A DNA stretch of 64,000 nt from Octopus sinensis. Lineage: Eukaryota. A model generated the notes under the pieces. It saw nothing but the letters and a program-made list of their open reading frames with translations. It did no database searches and was not told the origin of the DNA. This document shows positions 1 through 13,270 of this stretch, one piece after another. Each line of letters opens with the position of its first letter. Positions within the stretch are counted from its first letter, which is position 1. A program made the position numbers and the translations under genes. Location of the stretch: positions 23,746,001 to 23,810,000 of the forward strand of contig NC_043012.1 of NCBI RefSeq assembly GCF_006345805.1, given 5' to 3'.

Positions 1-330
1 TTATTCTATTATTCCCCGTTTTGGTGAACTGCTAAATCATGCGGATGTAAAACCAGCTCCAATTCTCAAGGGATGATGATGGGATGTACACAAATACATA
101 CACATATATGTCTCTACCTCTCTCTATATACATGTGTATATGTATGTGTGTGTGTACATGTACATATATTTTTCATTTTATATATATATGCAACAGGCTT
201 CTTTCAGTTTTTGTCAACTAGATCTACTCACAAGGCTTTAGTTAGCCCAGAGTTACAGTAGAAGACATCCAAAGTGCCAAGCAAAACCATGAGATTGTGA
301 AGAAACTCCTTACCACACAGCCACACCTGT
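1..330 (-). mobile_element. Degraded tRNA-derived SINE, family A (head - central microsatellite - conserved body)
   Basis: Reverse-strand similarity to intact copies at 12618-13023 and 18309-18722 (ctttcagttt..tctactcacaaggcttt..cttaccacacagccac). Confidence 0.6.
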
Positions 331-434
331 ACCTATGTTTGATTTTGAAATGATTTCTATTATAAGGTGCTCTTCCTAACACCAGCTAATAGCAACACTA
401 CTACTACTACTACGAAGAAGAATATAGGTACATG

Positions 435-926
435 CCAGAAACCGTCACAGAAAAATGAGAAAAATAAAGATAGAAAAATTAAGGTCAATAGGCCAGATAT
501 AGTTGGCAGAGATCATTAAAAAAAATATACTTTCTAGTCAATGTATCAATATCAGCAGATGACAACGTTTCTCTAATAGAAATGGAGAAACTTTTAAAAT
601 ACAAAGACCTGAAAATAGAGGTAACTCGAATGTGGAGCCTAAAAGCAGAAACAATTCCTATCATAGTGGGCATGTTAGGCATGATAAAAAAATATTCAGA
701 CAAATACCTAACAAAAACACCAGGACTAACAAGTATATATAACATACAGAAAACAGCACTACTAGGCACTGCACACATCCTACGTAAAGCACTTTCAATA
801 CCGTAACTATAAGAGCACTACAACAAACTACAGCACATACCGAAGGTACACAGAGCTGTGCTCTGTAGTGCAGTGAAAGCACGCGATAAAAAATATGACT
901 ACTGAATAATACTAATAATAATAATA
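435..926 (+). mobile_element. 3' fragment of R4/Dong-like non-LTR retrotransposon (restriction-like endonuclease C-terminus, 3' UTR, TAA tail)
   Basis: Translates as ...NRPDIVGRDH*KKYTFLVNVSISADDNVSLIEMEKLLKYKDLKIEVTRMWSLKAETIPIIVGMLGMIKK...QKTALLGTAHILRKALSIP*, which is the PD..D / EKxxKY-DL RLE signature. Ends in taataataat. Confidence 0.85.
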
Positions 927-1418
927 CTTTCTACAAAAGGCACAAGGTCTGAAATTTTGGAGGAGGGGAGTAGTTGATTACATCGACCCCAGTGTTTCAC
1001 TGGTACTTATTTAATTCATCCCTTTCAAGGTGAATGAATATAGACACACATGCACTTTATTTGTGGCTTAAAGTAGCCAATGGTTTCATGTGAAGCAAGC
1101 TTCACAAGTGTTCATGTGTTGGTACTCATCTCCATTTTGGATGAGAATACATGAGGTTAAACAAGATTGAACAGGATTTCAAATTAAATGCACATATCAC
1201 AGGAGATAACTTATAAATGTGTATGTGTATGATGATGAGGATATATTTTTAATAACAGCTTAACTTAGCTCTACATGGCTGAAATTAGGACATGTAAGAC
1301 ACATTCGTCCATCTTATCAAATGCACTGTATCTAACAGGTCATAAGGACAGACTAAAAGAGCTGATTTCAAGAAAGGCATTCATCTATAAAATACCATGA
1401 CAACAAGTGCTGTCCAAT

Positions 1419-1800
1419 TCTGTCTTGCAACCACATGGTTTAAAGTTCAGTCCCACTGCACAGCATCTCAGGCAACCATCTCCTACAATAGCCCAAGACC
1501 AACCAGTACCTTGTGAGCAAATTTAGTTGATAGAAACTGTTTGGAAGCCCATTTTATACATGAGTGTGTGTGTGGCATGTGAGTGTTTGTGTGTGTACGT
1601 GTGCGTTTGTGTTTGTTCCCATCCTTCCACTTGACAACTGATATTGGTTTGTTTATGTCCCCGTAACTTAGCAGTTTGGAAAAAAATAAAAAAAGACAAA
1701 GAATAAAGTGCCAGGCTCATAAGAGTGCTGGGGGGTTGATCTGTTTGACTAAATTCATCAAGACGATGCCCCAGCATGGCCATGGTCCAGTGACAAAAAC
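1419..1800 (+). mobile_element. SINE family A, diverged copy
   Basis: gttcagtcccactgc head, central (TG)n, ccccgtaacttagcagtt and ccccagcatggcc body motifs. Confidence 0.7.
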
Positions 1801-2148
1801 AAGAGATAGATGATGATGATGATAGCGGATGGAGAGAGAGAGAGAAAAAAAGAGAGAGAGAGAGTAGGGATTCCATTACTTGTGCTTCATTAAATGTTAA
1901 TATTTTAAGGACAAAGTTATCGCCAATGGGCTTGGAATTTGGAAGAAACTCCACAGCAGAATCTGTTTAACACTGGTGAATCATGATTTCACTTCTCCAC
2001 CCCAAACACATAAATTTAGGAAAATAATTTCAAATTCATTTTGGCCAAGCAAATGTGATTCTTTGGTTAGATTTGAACTCAGGATATGAGGACCGCTGCT
2101 CCAATAGTTTTCAATAACCCATTATATTTCTCATTATCCTCATTACTG

Positions 2149-2183
<35 letters not shown>

Positions 2184-3433
2184 CATTCCTCCTCTATCCC
2201 TTCCATCATCTTCATCCTCAAAATTTTTCCCCACCCCATCATCATTCTTAATGACAGAATTAGCAGAAGCTCAATGACATTCAGTCATTTATCAATCATC
2301 ATCACCCCACCCATCCTCATCATCATCATCATCAACTCCACCACCACCTCCACCAGCTGTTTTTCTTCTTCCTCCTCCTCACTTAATCATCACCATCATC
2401 TATTATCATAGTCATCATTATCCAACATCACTATCATCCTCAGCAGCAGAAGCAGCAGCACCAGTAACAATAACAACAGAAACATCACTGTGGTATTGTT
2501 CTCATAATTAGATTTGATTAGACAAACCAAAGTAATTCAATACAATCCCCCCATGCCCACCCACCCCTGTTCTCTCCCTCCCTCCATTTAGCACACTTTC
2601 TTTATTCTTATTTGAGTGGCAGTTGTGAGAAAAACATGGGATATGCAACTTAGAAATCCTATGGAATTGAAAAATTTATCACTACAGGTATTCTTCGCAA
2701 TGCAGCTTTTACAGTTACATATACATACACGGACGCACAGACACACACACACACATAATGGCTTTGCTTTGTTTAATGTTTTTTAATTAATTAATTAAAC
2801 TTTCCTGAATTATCAATTGGTATATTAGTTTTAACTTATTACTATTTATTTTTCATAATATCCTCTTGACTTTTGTCTGTAACCACTGACCAAGTCATTA
2901 GTGCTTTGCTGGTCTGGAGATGTCCAGCGGAACCTATCCATATATCAAGTAATTCTCTCATCTTAAACTCCAACCCCTTGCCACCACCACCACCACCACC
3001 ACCAATGCCATCCCCACCGCCATCTCTTTCTCAATTCTCACTTTCTTAATCTCTTTCGCTATCGATCCGGAAAATGTCTGGCTTAACAGTGCAATGGCAT
3101 GTTTCTGCACTACATCTACCCATTCAGCCAGGGTGTCTTGCTATGGCTTGCGGCCAGCAGGTCATTTAAGGAAGTGTGTTTGTGTCATGTCTAGTCGAGT
3201 GTGTGTGACCTTTCCACATAGCTTATCCAATCAATTCACCATTGCGTTCTCGTGATTTATTCTAGTTCAGCGATCAATGACAACATGCTCACCTTTGGCC
3301 GATCAATGATAACTGATTCATTTGCTTATAGCTGAATTACTGTGGGTTCAATAAATAGGGGCTGCCTATCCTATGACTGACAGCCACAGCATAGGGGCTT
3401 TTATCTATCGCACAACGTAGCTCAACATTTATA

Positions 3434-3955
3434 GAGTTGATATCAAATTTAATCACCTCTCGAATTTGTCTCAAATATTTATAAGAAAATTTGATAATTG
3501 TATAATAATAATGTTAGAGCACATCAGATAAGGCACACGTCCTTTCTAACTGTGTACTGTTGAGGTGATGATGGTAGCCTTACTGTGTTTACCTGAGTGA
3601 CTAGAAACAGCAGCCAAATCTTCCCTGAATCAGACTTCATTGACTTTACAAAACAAAGGACATTTTTGAATAATGTTGTTCTCGATGCACTCTCTGAATG
3701 AGTTGATGTCAAATTTGAACACGTTTCAAAATTTGTCTCCAGTGTTTAAGAAAATTCGATAATTATATGTTAAAGCTTCATCTGCATACACCCTTTCCAA
3801 AGCCTACAGGTAATCTTTATGTGGTTCCTCAAATCCAGTAGAAATAGCAAGCAAATCTCACACAATTCATTCTCTACTGGTTTTAAAAAGAAGGACTTAT
3901 TGAATAATGAAGTCCGAGATACACTGTGACTGAATGAATTCATGCATTCAATCTC
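3434..3955. repeat. Diverged tandem duplication, period ~266 bp
   Basis: gagttgatatcaaatttaatcac..aatttgtctc..aagaaaatttgataatt at 3434 recurs as gagttgatgtcaaatttgaacac..aatttgtctc..aagaaaattcgataatt at 3700. Confidence 0.55.
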
Positions 3956-4181
3956 CTTCCTAATTTATCTCAAGTATTTGTTCCTTTTTTGTTTATTCCA
4001 CATTTATTTTTTCCATGCTAGCATGGGTTAGATGAGTACACATCTGTACAAAAATTTGGTATTTGTATGAGAGCCCAACATCTTAACTTCACAGCCAGTA
4101 TTTCTTAGTTTACAACCACAAAGATACAATATGATAAATTACAAGCCTCACAATTTCTGTTATCAATTAGATGTTAACTAA

Positions 4182-4290
4182 CCCTTTTGATACGAACTCA
4201 CCTGGATCTGCCCTTGTCTCTAAGATACAGCTTCCATTTTGAAATAATCAAAATTAAAATTTTCCATTAAAATTCCATGTTCATTTAGCA
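4182..4290 (+). mobile_element. Truncated piggyBac-type MITE relic
   Basis: Begins cccttttgatac like the TTAA-CCCTTT MITEs and has similar aattaaaat..ttccat..aaat internal words. No right TIR found. Confidence 0.35.
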
Positions 4291-4480
4291 ATCCTTTCAA
4301 CTGTAGGTACGAGGCCTGGAATTTCAAGTGGGAAAGGATTAGTCAACTACACTGACCCCTTATTGCTACTTATTTCATTGGCCTCGAATGGATGAAAGGT
4401 AAGTTCAGTCTCAGTGGCATTTGAACTCAGAACATAAACCAAGAAGAATCCGGTGTGCTAACAGTTCTGCCAGCTCATCA
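4291..4480 (-). mobile_element. tRNA-derived SINE family B
   Basis: gaggcctggaattt..gatgaaaggtaa..atttgaactcagaac..ctgccagctc matches the intact copy at 59727-59956. Confidence 0.65.
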
Positions 4481-4784
4481 CATTAACACAGCTTAATAAC
4501 AACAAAGGTATTTTACCAAATTCTTTATTAGTTTCAAGATCGAAACAAAAGTAGTTCAGAGTGACAGAAATACAGTAACAAAACGGTTTTGGTAGATTTC
4601 TATCAGCATTTGAAACAGATGTTTATTTTTGATTAGAAAAGAATAAAGATGGATGATACATGTATAAAGTTGTGCTTTATTATTGGTGAAACCAGGGAAG
4701 GTTTACTTATTTATTTATTTTTTGTTTGCAAAAGACTAGCTGTTGGTCATGCATGCAAGCCTCTACTTTCCATGTCATGGATAA

Positions 4785-4950
4785 TCCTCTGGAACTGACA
4801 CAGACAAATACTGGAACTATCCAAGAACAGACCAGCCAATATGATATTAGAAAGGTCCATGAACAGACTAATATGATACTAGAACTCTCCAAGAACAGAT
4901 ATTATTAGAACAGATATGATATTAGAACTGTTGAAGAACAGACCAATATG
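4785..4950. repeat. Degenerate ~30-36 bp minisatellite (gaacagaccaatatgatattagaactgtccaa-like)
   Basis: gaacaga..aatatgatattagaac repeated 4-5 times. Confidence 0.6.
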
Positions 4951-5127
4951 CAATGCAGCACCAAATGGTAATAATGAAAGAAAGACATTCTTTGGCAGAA
5001 TTAATTAACTCAATTAATACATTGAGTATCACTAAAGTAATGAATTATACATAATTATATTTACATACATTCACAAAAATTTTCAGCATATAAGTATGAT
5101 CATAAGAATGTTTATTTATCTATTTGG

Positions 5128-5159
<32 letters not shown>

Positions 5160-5309
5160 GTGTCCCCAAGTGCTACTGTGAGTGTTAGTAATGTAGGAGG
5201 TGGTGGGGGGACATCACTGAAGAATATTATATCTACAAAATTTTATAATTAGGACTAACCAAGTAGGTCAGCCTCGAAGAGTTTATCAATCACCAAGCTG
5301 TACATTGCT

Positions 5310-5357
5310 TGTACATATATACATATATATGTGCATGTATGTGTGTGTGAGTGTGTG

Positions 5358-5391
<34 letters not shown>

Positions 5392-5619
5392 TATATATAT
5401 ATACATATATATATACATACATAATATATACATACACATATATATATATATATATATACATACACACATATATATATATATATACATACACATATATATA
5501 CATATACATACACATATATATACATATATATATACATACACATATATATACATATATATATACATACACATATATACATATATATATACATACACATATA
5601 TACTTACATATATACATAT

Positions 5620-5664
<45 letters not shown>

Positions 5665-5740
5665 TATACGCATACACACATGCACACACATATACAAATG
5701 CATAAACACACTTGCACACACATGTACATAAATATACACT
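5310..5740. repeat. Compound (TA)n/(CA)n/(TACA)n microsatellite, representative of many (e.g. 7950-8570, 16140-16440, 20240-20670, 23270-23700, 41440-41880, 47770-48240)
   Basis: Directly visible dinucleotide arrays. Confidence 0.95.
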
Positions 5741-6590
5741 CAGTACCCATAAACACATAGTTAACATTAATACGTAATATCTGCAATAATTTTATCATAC
5801 AACAATATGGCAAGCTTTTTAATTTCTATCTTCTTGCATTGTCTTTTTACGCAGGATAGCAGCATTAATTAATAGCATTAATGTTTTAATATTTTTAAGA
5901 CTAATTAACAATTACTTAAATGTCATTACATGATTTCATTTTTTTTTCTTTCTTCCTTTTGTTTTTACCTCTTTTCCTATTCATTGGATTAAGTGCAGTT
6001 ATATCTTTAAAATAATTAGATGATCGCAGATATTTTAGTATGACTAAATAGTAATTAAAAGTTGTTTTGAATTCTTCAAATTCTAGGATTGGTCTTAGAA
6101 AAATTGTCTGTCTTTGATTAAACTGAGGATTACCTATATATATCTTTAAGCTAAATTCTACAGTAACAAGTCTATCCATTCAACATTATCTTTGTTAACT
6201 TAGATACAAGTGATATGCAGTAATTCTGTCGTTGGAGTTCAGCTCCTGATTGGCATCATGTTTTTAATATAAGTGCAGGCATGGCTCTGAGGTCAAGAAA
6301 TCTGTTTACTGACAGCGGGGTTCTGAGTTCAGTCCCACTCCAAAGCCCCTTGGACAAGTGTTTTTTGTAATAGCATTGAGCCAATAAAAACCTCGTTAGC
6401 AGATTTGGTAGATGTAAACAAAAAGAGTTCTGTGAAGTCTATATCATCATCATTCAATGTCTGTCATCCATGCTGGCATGGGTTGGACAACTGACAGTAA
6501 CTGGCAAGCCAGAGAGTTGAACCAAGCTCCAATTGTCAGATTTGGTATGGTTTCTATGGCTAGATGCTCTTCCTAACACCAACCACTTTA

Positions 6591-7650
6591 CAGAGTGTAC
6601 AGGGTGCTTTTTATGTAGTACCAACACCAGTCGTGTTGCTAGGAAACTTCCAAGACAGCAACTCCTCACCTGGGATAGGGATTGGAACAGGGTAAGATGG
6701 CTTTGTACTCATTAAGGTGTAAGAGAGGAATAGAGATGGGTATTTTACTATAGAGGAGATCTTTGGCTAGTCTAGAATGTAAAGGGGAGAGAGAGAGGGG
6801 GGGAAGAGGAACAGAGAGAGAGAATATCTATATTTATAAGATATGTACATGTATGTGTGTGTAATCTGAGGTCTCCTTGTCTATACACTGTATGACTGTT
6901 GTATACAAATGTCACTGTCATATACAAAAGTTGTCCTTCTTTCCCAATCTTCAGTGAAAACATGTGCAGCATGTCTTGTCATGGGGAAATATTCCCTTAT
7001 TTGGAAGCAGGTGAGGGTTGGCAACAGGATGAGCATCTGACTGCAGAAAAATCTGTCTCGACAAATTCCATCTGATCCATGTAAGCATGGATAAGTGGAT
7101 ATAAAAATGGTGATGATGACACACAAAATGTACATGCAGTATGTGTGTACGTGATATGCAATATATGCAAGCGTATGCATATGTGGTATGTCTGTGTTTG
7201 TATTCATATACAAATACACATCAACCACTTTTTCAAATTCACCCTTCCTCTCTCTCTCTCTCTCACACAGAGTGTACAGGGTGCTTTTTATGTAGCACCA
7301 ACACCGAAGGGGTTGCTAAGAAACTTCCAAGACAACAACTCCTCACCTGGGATAGGGATTGGAACAGGGGAAGATGGCTTTGTACTCATTAACCCTTTCG
7401 TTACCAACCCGGCTGAAACCGGCTCTGGCTCTTTAGTACAAATGTCTGGTTTTCAAAAGTTCTGAATTAAAATCTTCCACCAAACCTTAGTCACAATTTA
7501 TGTTCCTAACTCTAGCTTAATGATAACGATGTTATTTTACTTAATTCTTTATTATATTTAAAGTAATTGGAAGAAACACTGAGCATCTTAAAATAAATTC
7601 AGTAACGAAAGGGTTAAGATGTAAGAGAGGGATAGAGATGGGTATATAAC
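6591..7650 (+). repeat. Local direct duplication of ~160 bp (6591-6750 and 7268-7650); second copy interrupted by a MITE
   Basis: cagagtgtacagggtgctttttatgtag..aactcctcacctgggatagggattggaacaggg..ctttgtactcattaa..gtaagagagg..tagagatggg present twice. Confidence 0.85.
7393..7613 (+). mobile_element. piggyBac-type MITE family 1, 221 bp, TTAA target-site duplication
   Basis: TTAA (7389-92), CCCTTTCGTTAC ... GTAACGAAAGGG, TTAA (7614-17): perfect 12-bp TIR. Empty site at 6712-6715. Confidence 0.92.
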
Positions 7651-9153
7651 TATACACGCACAAATATACATGTCAACACACACACACACACTTATGCAGA
7701 TGCATTTTTACTTTTAATTTTACTTCTTTAGACAGATGCGTGTGTATAAGCAATGAATAAATTCATGTCACCTTTCTAAAACAAACTTGCATCTATTAAA
7801 AACAATTGCCCCACGTAAATGTGTGTGCATGAGGTTGCATGCATGCATCTGTATATAGCAACACACAGTGTGACACAGCTTCACATTTTATTAAATACAT
7901 GCTTCTCCAACTAAATATATTGAGTGCTACTTTCTTTGTTGACCCATATACATGAATGTGTGTATGTACGTATATATATATATATATATATTTATAATTT
8001 CATATGTATATATAATGTATATATGTATGCATATATCTATAAATAGGTATACATACACACACACATATACATGCATAAATGCAAACACACAAAACACATA
8101 TATACACATATATACATATACATATATATATGCATATGTACATATATATATTCATATGTATATATACATATATATATGTATATATACATTTATATATCTA
8201 TATAAACATATATATATGTATATATATACACACACATAGATACAAGCATATATATATATATATATGTACACATATACACACACATATATATATAAATCCA
8301 CACATATATACATATATATGCACATATATATACATACATTATATATATATACACACACATATATATACATACATATATACATAATATATATACATACATA
8401 TATATATATATATATACACACATAAATATATATATATACATAAACATATATATATACATAATATATATAATATACATATATATACACACACACATACATA
8501 TGTATGTATACATATATAAATATACATAAACATGTGTATATATACACACACACACACACGTGTGTGTATATATAAAAATGCGGAGCACAACCCAGACAGC
8601 AAATGATAGCATACACAAAACCCAGTCACCCCATCACGCACACACAAAAACCCAAGTCATATACACTGATGCAGGCATGACAGAGTAAGCCAGAAAAACA
8701 ACAACAAACAAACAAACAAATAAAAACAGAAAAGAATAGCTCTCCTTGTTGTGGTGGCACCTAAGGGAATTGCTGTTAATTAATTAGCCACTTCTAGCAA
8801 AGGGGTGACATTAATATGTCATCAGCAGATTTCCTCTTAACAAACAAACAACAACTGGCCATCTCTGTCATTTGAATTGCTAATTTCTCATCACAAACAC
8901 CACAACAACAACAGCAACAACAACCATTTCTTCCCACTCTCTCTCTCGCTCTCTCTCTCACACACACAAACATATATATATCTGTCTGCCTCTAGAATGT
9001 CAAAAAGAGAGAGATATATAAGCTGTGTGTATATTTACGTATGTGTTTACAGACACACATATATACATACATATACATGTATATACATATGTTTATATAT
9101 ATATACACACATATATATCTGCATGTGTGCATATACATATATGTGTATATGTG

Positions 9154-9193
<40 letters not shown>

Positions 9194-9282
9194 GGAGTGG
9201 GTGGCTTGGTGCACCTTTCTGGCTTCCCAGACCCCAGTCGAACTGTCCAACTCATGGAAAACAGACGTTAAATGATGACTAC

Positions 9283-9317
<35 letters not shown>

Positions 9318-9944
9318 TACATAGCCTTGGGTCAACCAGAGCTTTGTGAGTGAATTCCATATACAGAAACTGAAAGAAGCCTGTTGTACATACACGTGTG
9401 TGTATGTGTGCATGCATGTGTGTCTGTGTTTGTCCTCTACCACCACTTGTCAACCGGAGTTGGTGTGTTTCCATCTTTGTAACTTGGCAGTCAGGCAAAA
9501 GTGACTGATGGAATAATATCAGGCTTTAAATCAAAAAAACAATGTACTGAAGTAGATTCATTCGACTAAAAATTCTTCAAAGCAGTGCCCTAGCATGGCC
9601 ACAGTCTAATGACACTCGTATAAGATAAAAAAAACAGATATGTGTGTGTGTATGTATATATATATGTATATATATACACACACACATGTTTATATGCTTG
9701 TTATTCTCACACAAGCATGCTGTTGACAATCACTTCCCAGATCTTTCATTGGGTAACTATGAAGTCATCATCATCATCATCATTACTTTTGATCTCTCCT
9801 TTCTCATGGGTCAAACAGAACTCCCCGAAGCAGATTTTTCTACAGCCAAATGTCCTTTTTACTGCCGTCATCATCTGTTTGCAAGCAGAGATAATATTTC
9901 CCTATGACAAGACATGTTTTCACACAGAATTGGTGATGAGGAAT

Positions 9945-10180
9945 ACCTATTTCTTTACTACCCACAAGGGGCTAAACACAGAGGGGACAAACAGGGATAG
10001 ACAAACGGATTAAGTCGATTATATCGACCCCAGTGCGCAACTGGTACTTATTTAATCGACCCTGAAAGGATGAAAGGCAAAGTGGACCTCGGCGGAATTT
10101 GAACTCAGAACGTAACAGCAGATGAAATATGGCTACACATTTCACCCGTCGTGCTAACGTTTCTGCCAGCTCGTCACCTT
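9945..10180 (-). mobile_element. SINE family B, well conserved
   Basis: cccacaaggggctaaacacagagggg..atcgaccccagtgcg..gacctcggcggaatttgaactcagaacg..ctgccagctcg. Confidence 0.85.
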
Positions 10181-10907
10181 TGATGAGGAATACCACTTAT
10201 TAAGTTGGGTCTGTTCCTTTATAACTTATCAGACGATGTCAAAACAAGGAAACACAAACTGCCTTTACACACACACACACTGTGCTTCTTTCAGTTTCCA
10301 TCTACCAAATCCAGTCTCAAGGCTTTGGTTGGTAAAAGACTTATTGTAGAAAAAGACTTGCTCAAGGTGCCAATCATGGGATTGAACCTAACCACACAGC
10401 CATTATATTAAAAATGTTGCAATGTTTATTAACCAATATCTGCTCTAAATTTGTTTACAGCCTTCATAGAGAATCTTTACTTTGCTACCAATTTTGATGA
10501 CATTTACATACATTTGCCTAAATACAAACACGATATGGAACGGTCTGAAAATGTGGATATTTTATGATGTGAAATGTGAGGTAGCATGTGTTATTACACC
10601 ACTCCATTTACATTATTTCCTTCTTTTTTTGTTTTTTTCTTTATTTTTGTTTTTTTGTTTTTTTCTTTTCATTTTAAAGGTGAATGCTCTTCATAATGTG
10701 AGCTTTATAAAATTGGCTTCCATATTAAGTAACATGTATTATCACTGCCATCACATCTGAACATTTTCCGAAAAATTACATAACCATATTGATTTTGTTA
10801 TAATACATAGAAACAGCAACAACAAAAAAAAAAACCAAAAACCTTGGATTTATGATGGAGGAAAACACTGAAAAAAACAAAAAAAAAACACCCGAAAAAT
10901 CCCGAGA

Positions 10908-10939
10908 TTATGTGACATTCATGACTTTCTCATGGACAT
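10908..10939 (-). CDS. Candidate terminal coding exon of a minus-strand host gene (phase 2: xCP*, stop 10930-32; phase 1: DVHEKVMNVT*)
   Basis: Strong acceptor tttcaatttatttcggtttttcttcacag, U-rich downstream sequence on minus, AATAAA on minus at 10425-10430. No homology recognised. Confidence 0.35.
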
Positions 10940-11559
10940 CTGTGAAGAAAAACCGAAATAAATTGAAATAACTGAGTCACGAAAACGAATTACTATAAAC
11001 ACATTGCAATCAAAACTAGATTTGAACCAATTTAGTAAGAGAGCTAAGTTCACATTAACATCACAATGAAAAGTAAAAATTATTTATCCTGAAGATGTCT
11101 GGCAGTGAAATGATTTATCATGTGACCTGTTTTATTTGTCTGCTACATTAAAATCAGTGTTGGAAGCTTGTAAAAAAAAATAAAAGTAAAGAAAATAAAA
11201 GGAAAAAAAAATAGTAAAAAAAAAAATTAACTCTGAAAGATCTTATTTGGCATTAAGCCATTTATAAAAGTAAGTTCAGGAAGTTATTACATGCATCTCA
11301 AAACACATAGACTAAAGCCACATCATTGAGGACCTGAGTAGTTTCCTTACATAAGTTCGGAATGTGTGTGTTTGTATGTGCGTGTGTTAGTAAGTTTGAG
11401 TGAGTGCATGTCTATGCATGCACATATTACCATGCATAAAGAGAAACATCAATACATCTCCTCTCTCGTTCTTTCTATGTATTTATGCACGTGTACACAC
11501 ACACACACACACATACGTGTACACAAATACACATGAGGATGTTTGCACAAGTAAGCATA

Positions 11560-12030
11560 TACATTAGTCTGTGTTGTTTCAAAATTCCACTTTCAAGCCA
11601 GGTGGTCTCAGGTTCAGTCCCGCTGTGTAACACCTTTGGATAATCTTCTGCTATAGCTCCAGATGGATTAGTATCTAGTGAGTGAATTTCTTGTTGTTTG
11701 TACATGTTTGTCTCTGTGTGTGTGTGTGTGTGTGCGTGCGCGTCTGTACTTCATGTGATGATTGTAAATGAGCACCATTGCCATGCAAGTAATGCTGTTT
11801 GCTACGATGAAAAACATATCTGGTCATGGGGAAATATTATCTTGCTTGAAAGCAGGTAAGTGTTGGTGACAGGAAAAGCATCAGGTTGAAGGAGAAACTG
11901 CATCGACAAATTCTTTCTTGCCCTTGAGTTGGTAACAGGAAGACAATATAGATTTAGAAAATTTGCTGAAGCATCTTTTTGTTTAACCCAAGCCAGCATA
12001 GAAGACTGCTCATAAAAATGATGATGAAAG
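11560..12030 (+). mobile_element. SINE family A head with RTE-type 3' tail
   Basis: ggttcagtcccgctg head, ggggaaatattatcttgcttg..gttggtgacaggaaaagcatc, ends agcat..aaatgatgatg. Confidence 0.65.
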
Positions 12031-12058
12031 ATTTTATACATATATATATATATATAAT

Positions 12059-12112
<54 letters not shown>

Positions 12113-12136
12113 TATAATACACACACACACACATAT

Positions 12137-12603
12137 GGGTGCAGGAGTAGCTATGTGGTAAGAAACTTGCTTCCCAACTGCATGGTTCTGGGGTCAGTCT
12201 CCCTGCGTGGCACCTTTGCCAAGTCCTTTTCTACTATAGCCTCGGGCCAACCAAAGCCTTGTGAGTGGATTTGGTAGACAGAAACTGAAAGAAGCCTATC
12301 ATTCATGCATGCATGCATGCATGCATGCATGCATGCATGCATGTATGTATGTATGTATGTATGTATGTATGTATGTATGTATGTATGTATGCATGTATGT
12401 GTGTATGTGTGTATGTATGTATGTGTGTTTGTTTCCCCACCATCGTTTGACAACTGATGTTGGTGTGATGAAGTCTCCGTAACTTAGCAGTTCACCAAAA
12501 TAGACTGATGGAATAAGTACTAAGCTTACAAAGAATAAGTTCTGGGATCAATTTGTTTGACTAAAGGCTGCAGTAAGATGACTGAAAAAGTACAAGTGTA
12601 AGA
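12137..12603 (+). mobile_element. SINE family A with expanded (ATGC)n/(ATGT)n centre
   Basis: gcaggagtagctatgtggtaagaaacttgc head, ccaaagccttgtgagtggatttggtagac, body to gactgaaaaag. Confidence 0.85.
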
Positions 12604-12617
12604 ATATATATATACAC

Positions 12618-12781
12618 GAGTGGCTGTGTGGTAAGTAGCTTGCTAACCAACCACATGGTTCCGGGTTCAGTCCCACTGCATGGCATCTTGGGCAAGTGTC
12701 TTCTGCTATAGCCCCGGGCTGACCAATGCCTTGTGAGTGGATTTGGTAGACGGAAACTGAAAGAAGCCTGTCGTATATATG

Positions 12782-12812
<31 letters not shown>

Positions 12813-13023
12813 TTGTGTGTCTGTGTTTGTACCCCTAGCATTGCTTGACAACCGATGCTGGTGTGTTTACGTCCCCGTCACTTAGAGGTTCGGCAAAAGA
12901 GACCGATAGAATAAGTACTGGGCTTACAAAGAATAAGTCCCGGGGGCGATTTGCTCGACTAAAAGGTGGTGCTCCAGCATGGCCGCAGTCAAATGACTGA
13001 AACAAGTAAAAGAGAGTAAAGAG
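12618..13023 (+). mobile_element. SINE family A, near-intact young copy
   Basis: tRNA-like head (A box tggctgtgtgg, B box ggttcagtccc), central microsatellite, body ccccgtcacttagaggttcggc..ccagcatggccgcagtc, tail gtaaaagag repeats. Confidence 0.92.
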
Positions 13024-13237
13024 TATACATGCATATATACATGCACAACAATACACACATATATAGACACATACACGCATGCATATATACATGTATAATT
13101 TATATATTAATAAAACAAAGTAGAGAGAAGTTGATGAAATACAATTTATTAATTACTACTTCTAAATACATTTTCACCATTTGAAGGAAATTATCAAAGA
13201 AGCTGTCATTTACACGTAGACATACACACATAAGTGC

Positions 13238-13270
<33 letters not shown>

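Noticed and set aside
4785-4950. Short repeated units resembling a CRISPR array
   Set aside because: Eukaryotic context, degenerate tandem units without unique spacers, no cas genes
5255-5767. Long [12 protein letters not shown] ORFs here and throughout the ORF track
   Set aside because: Translations of TA/CA/TG microsatellites, which lack stop codons in some frames; not genes
12618-12700. tRNA-like sequences at SINE heads
   Set aside because: A/B boxes are present but there is no complete cloverleaf and they run into SINE bodies; not tRNA genes
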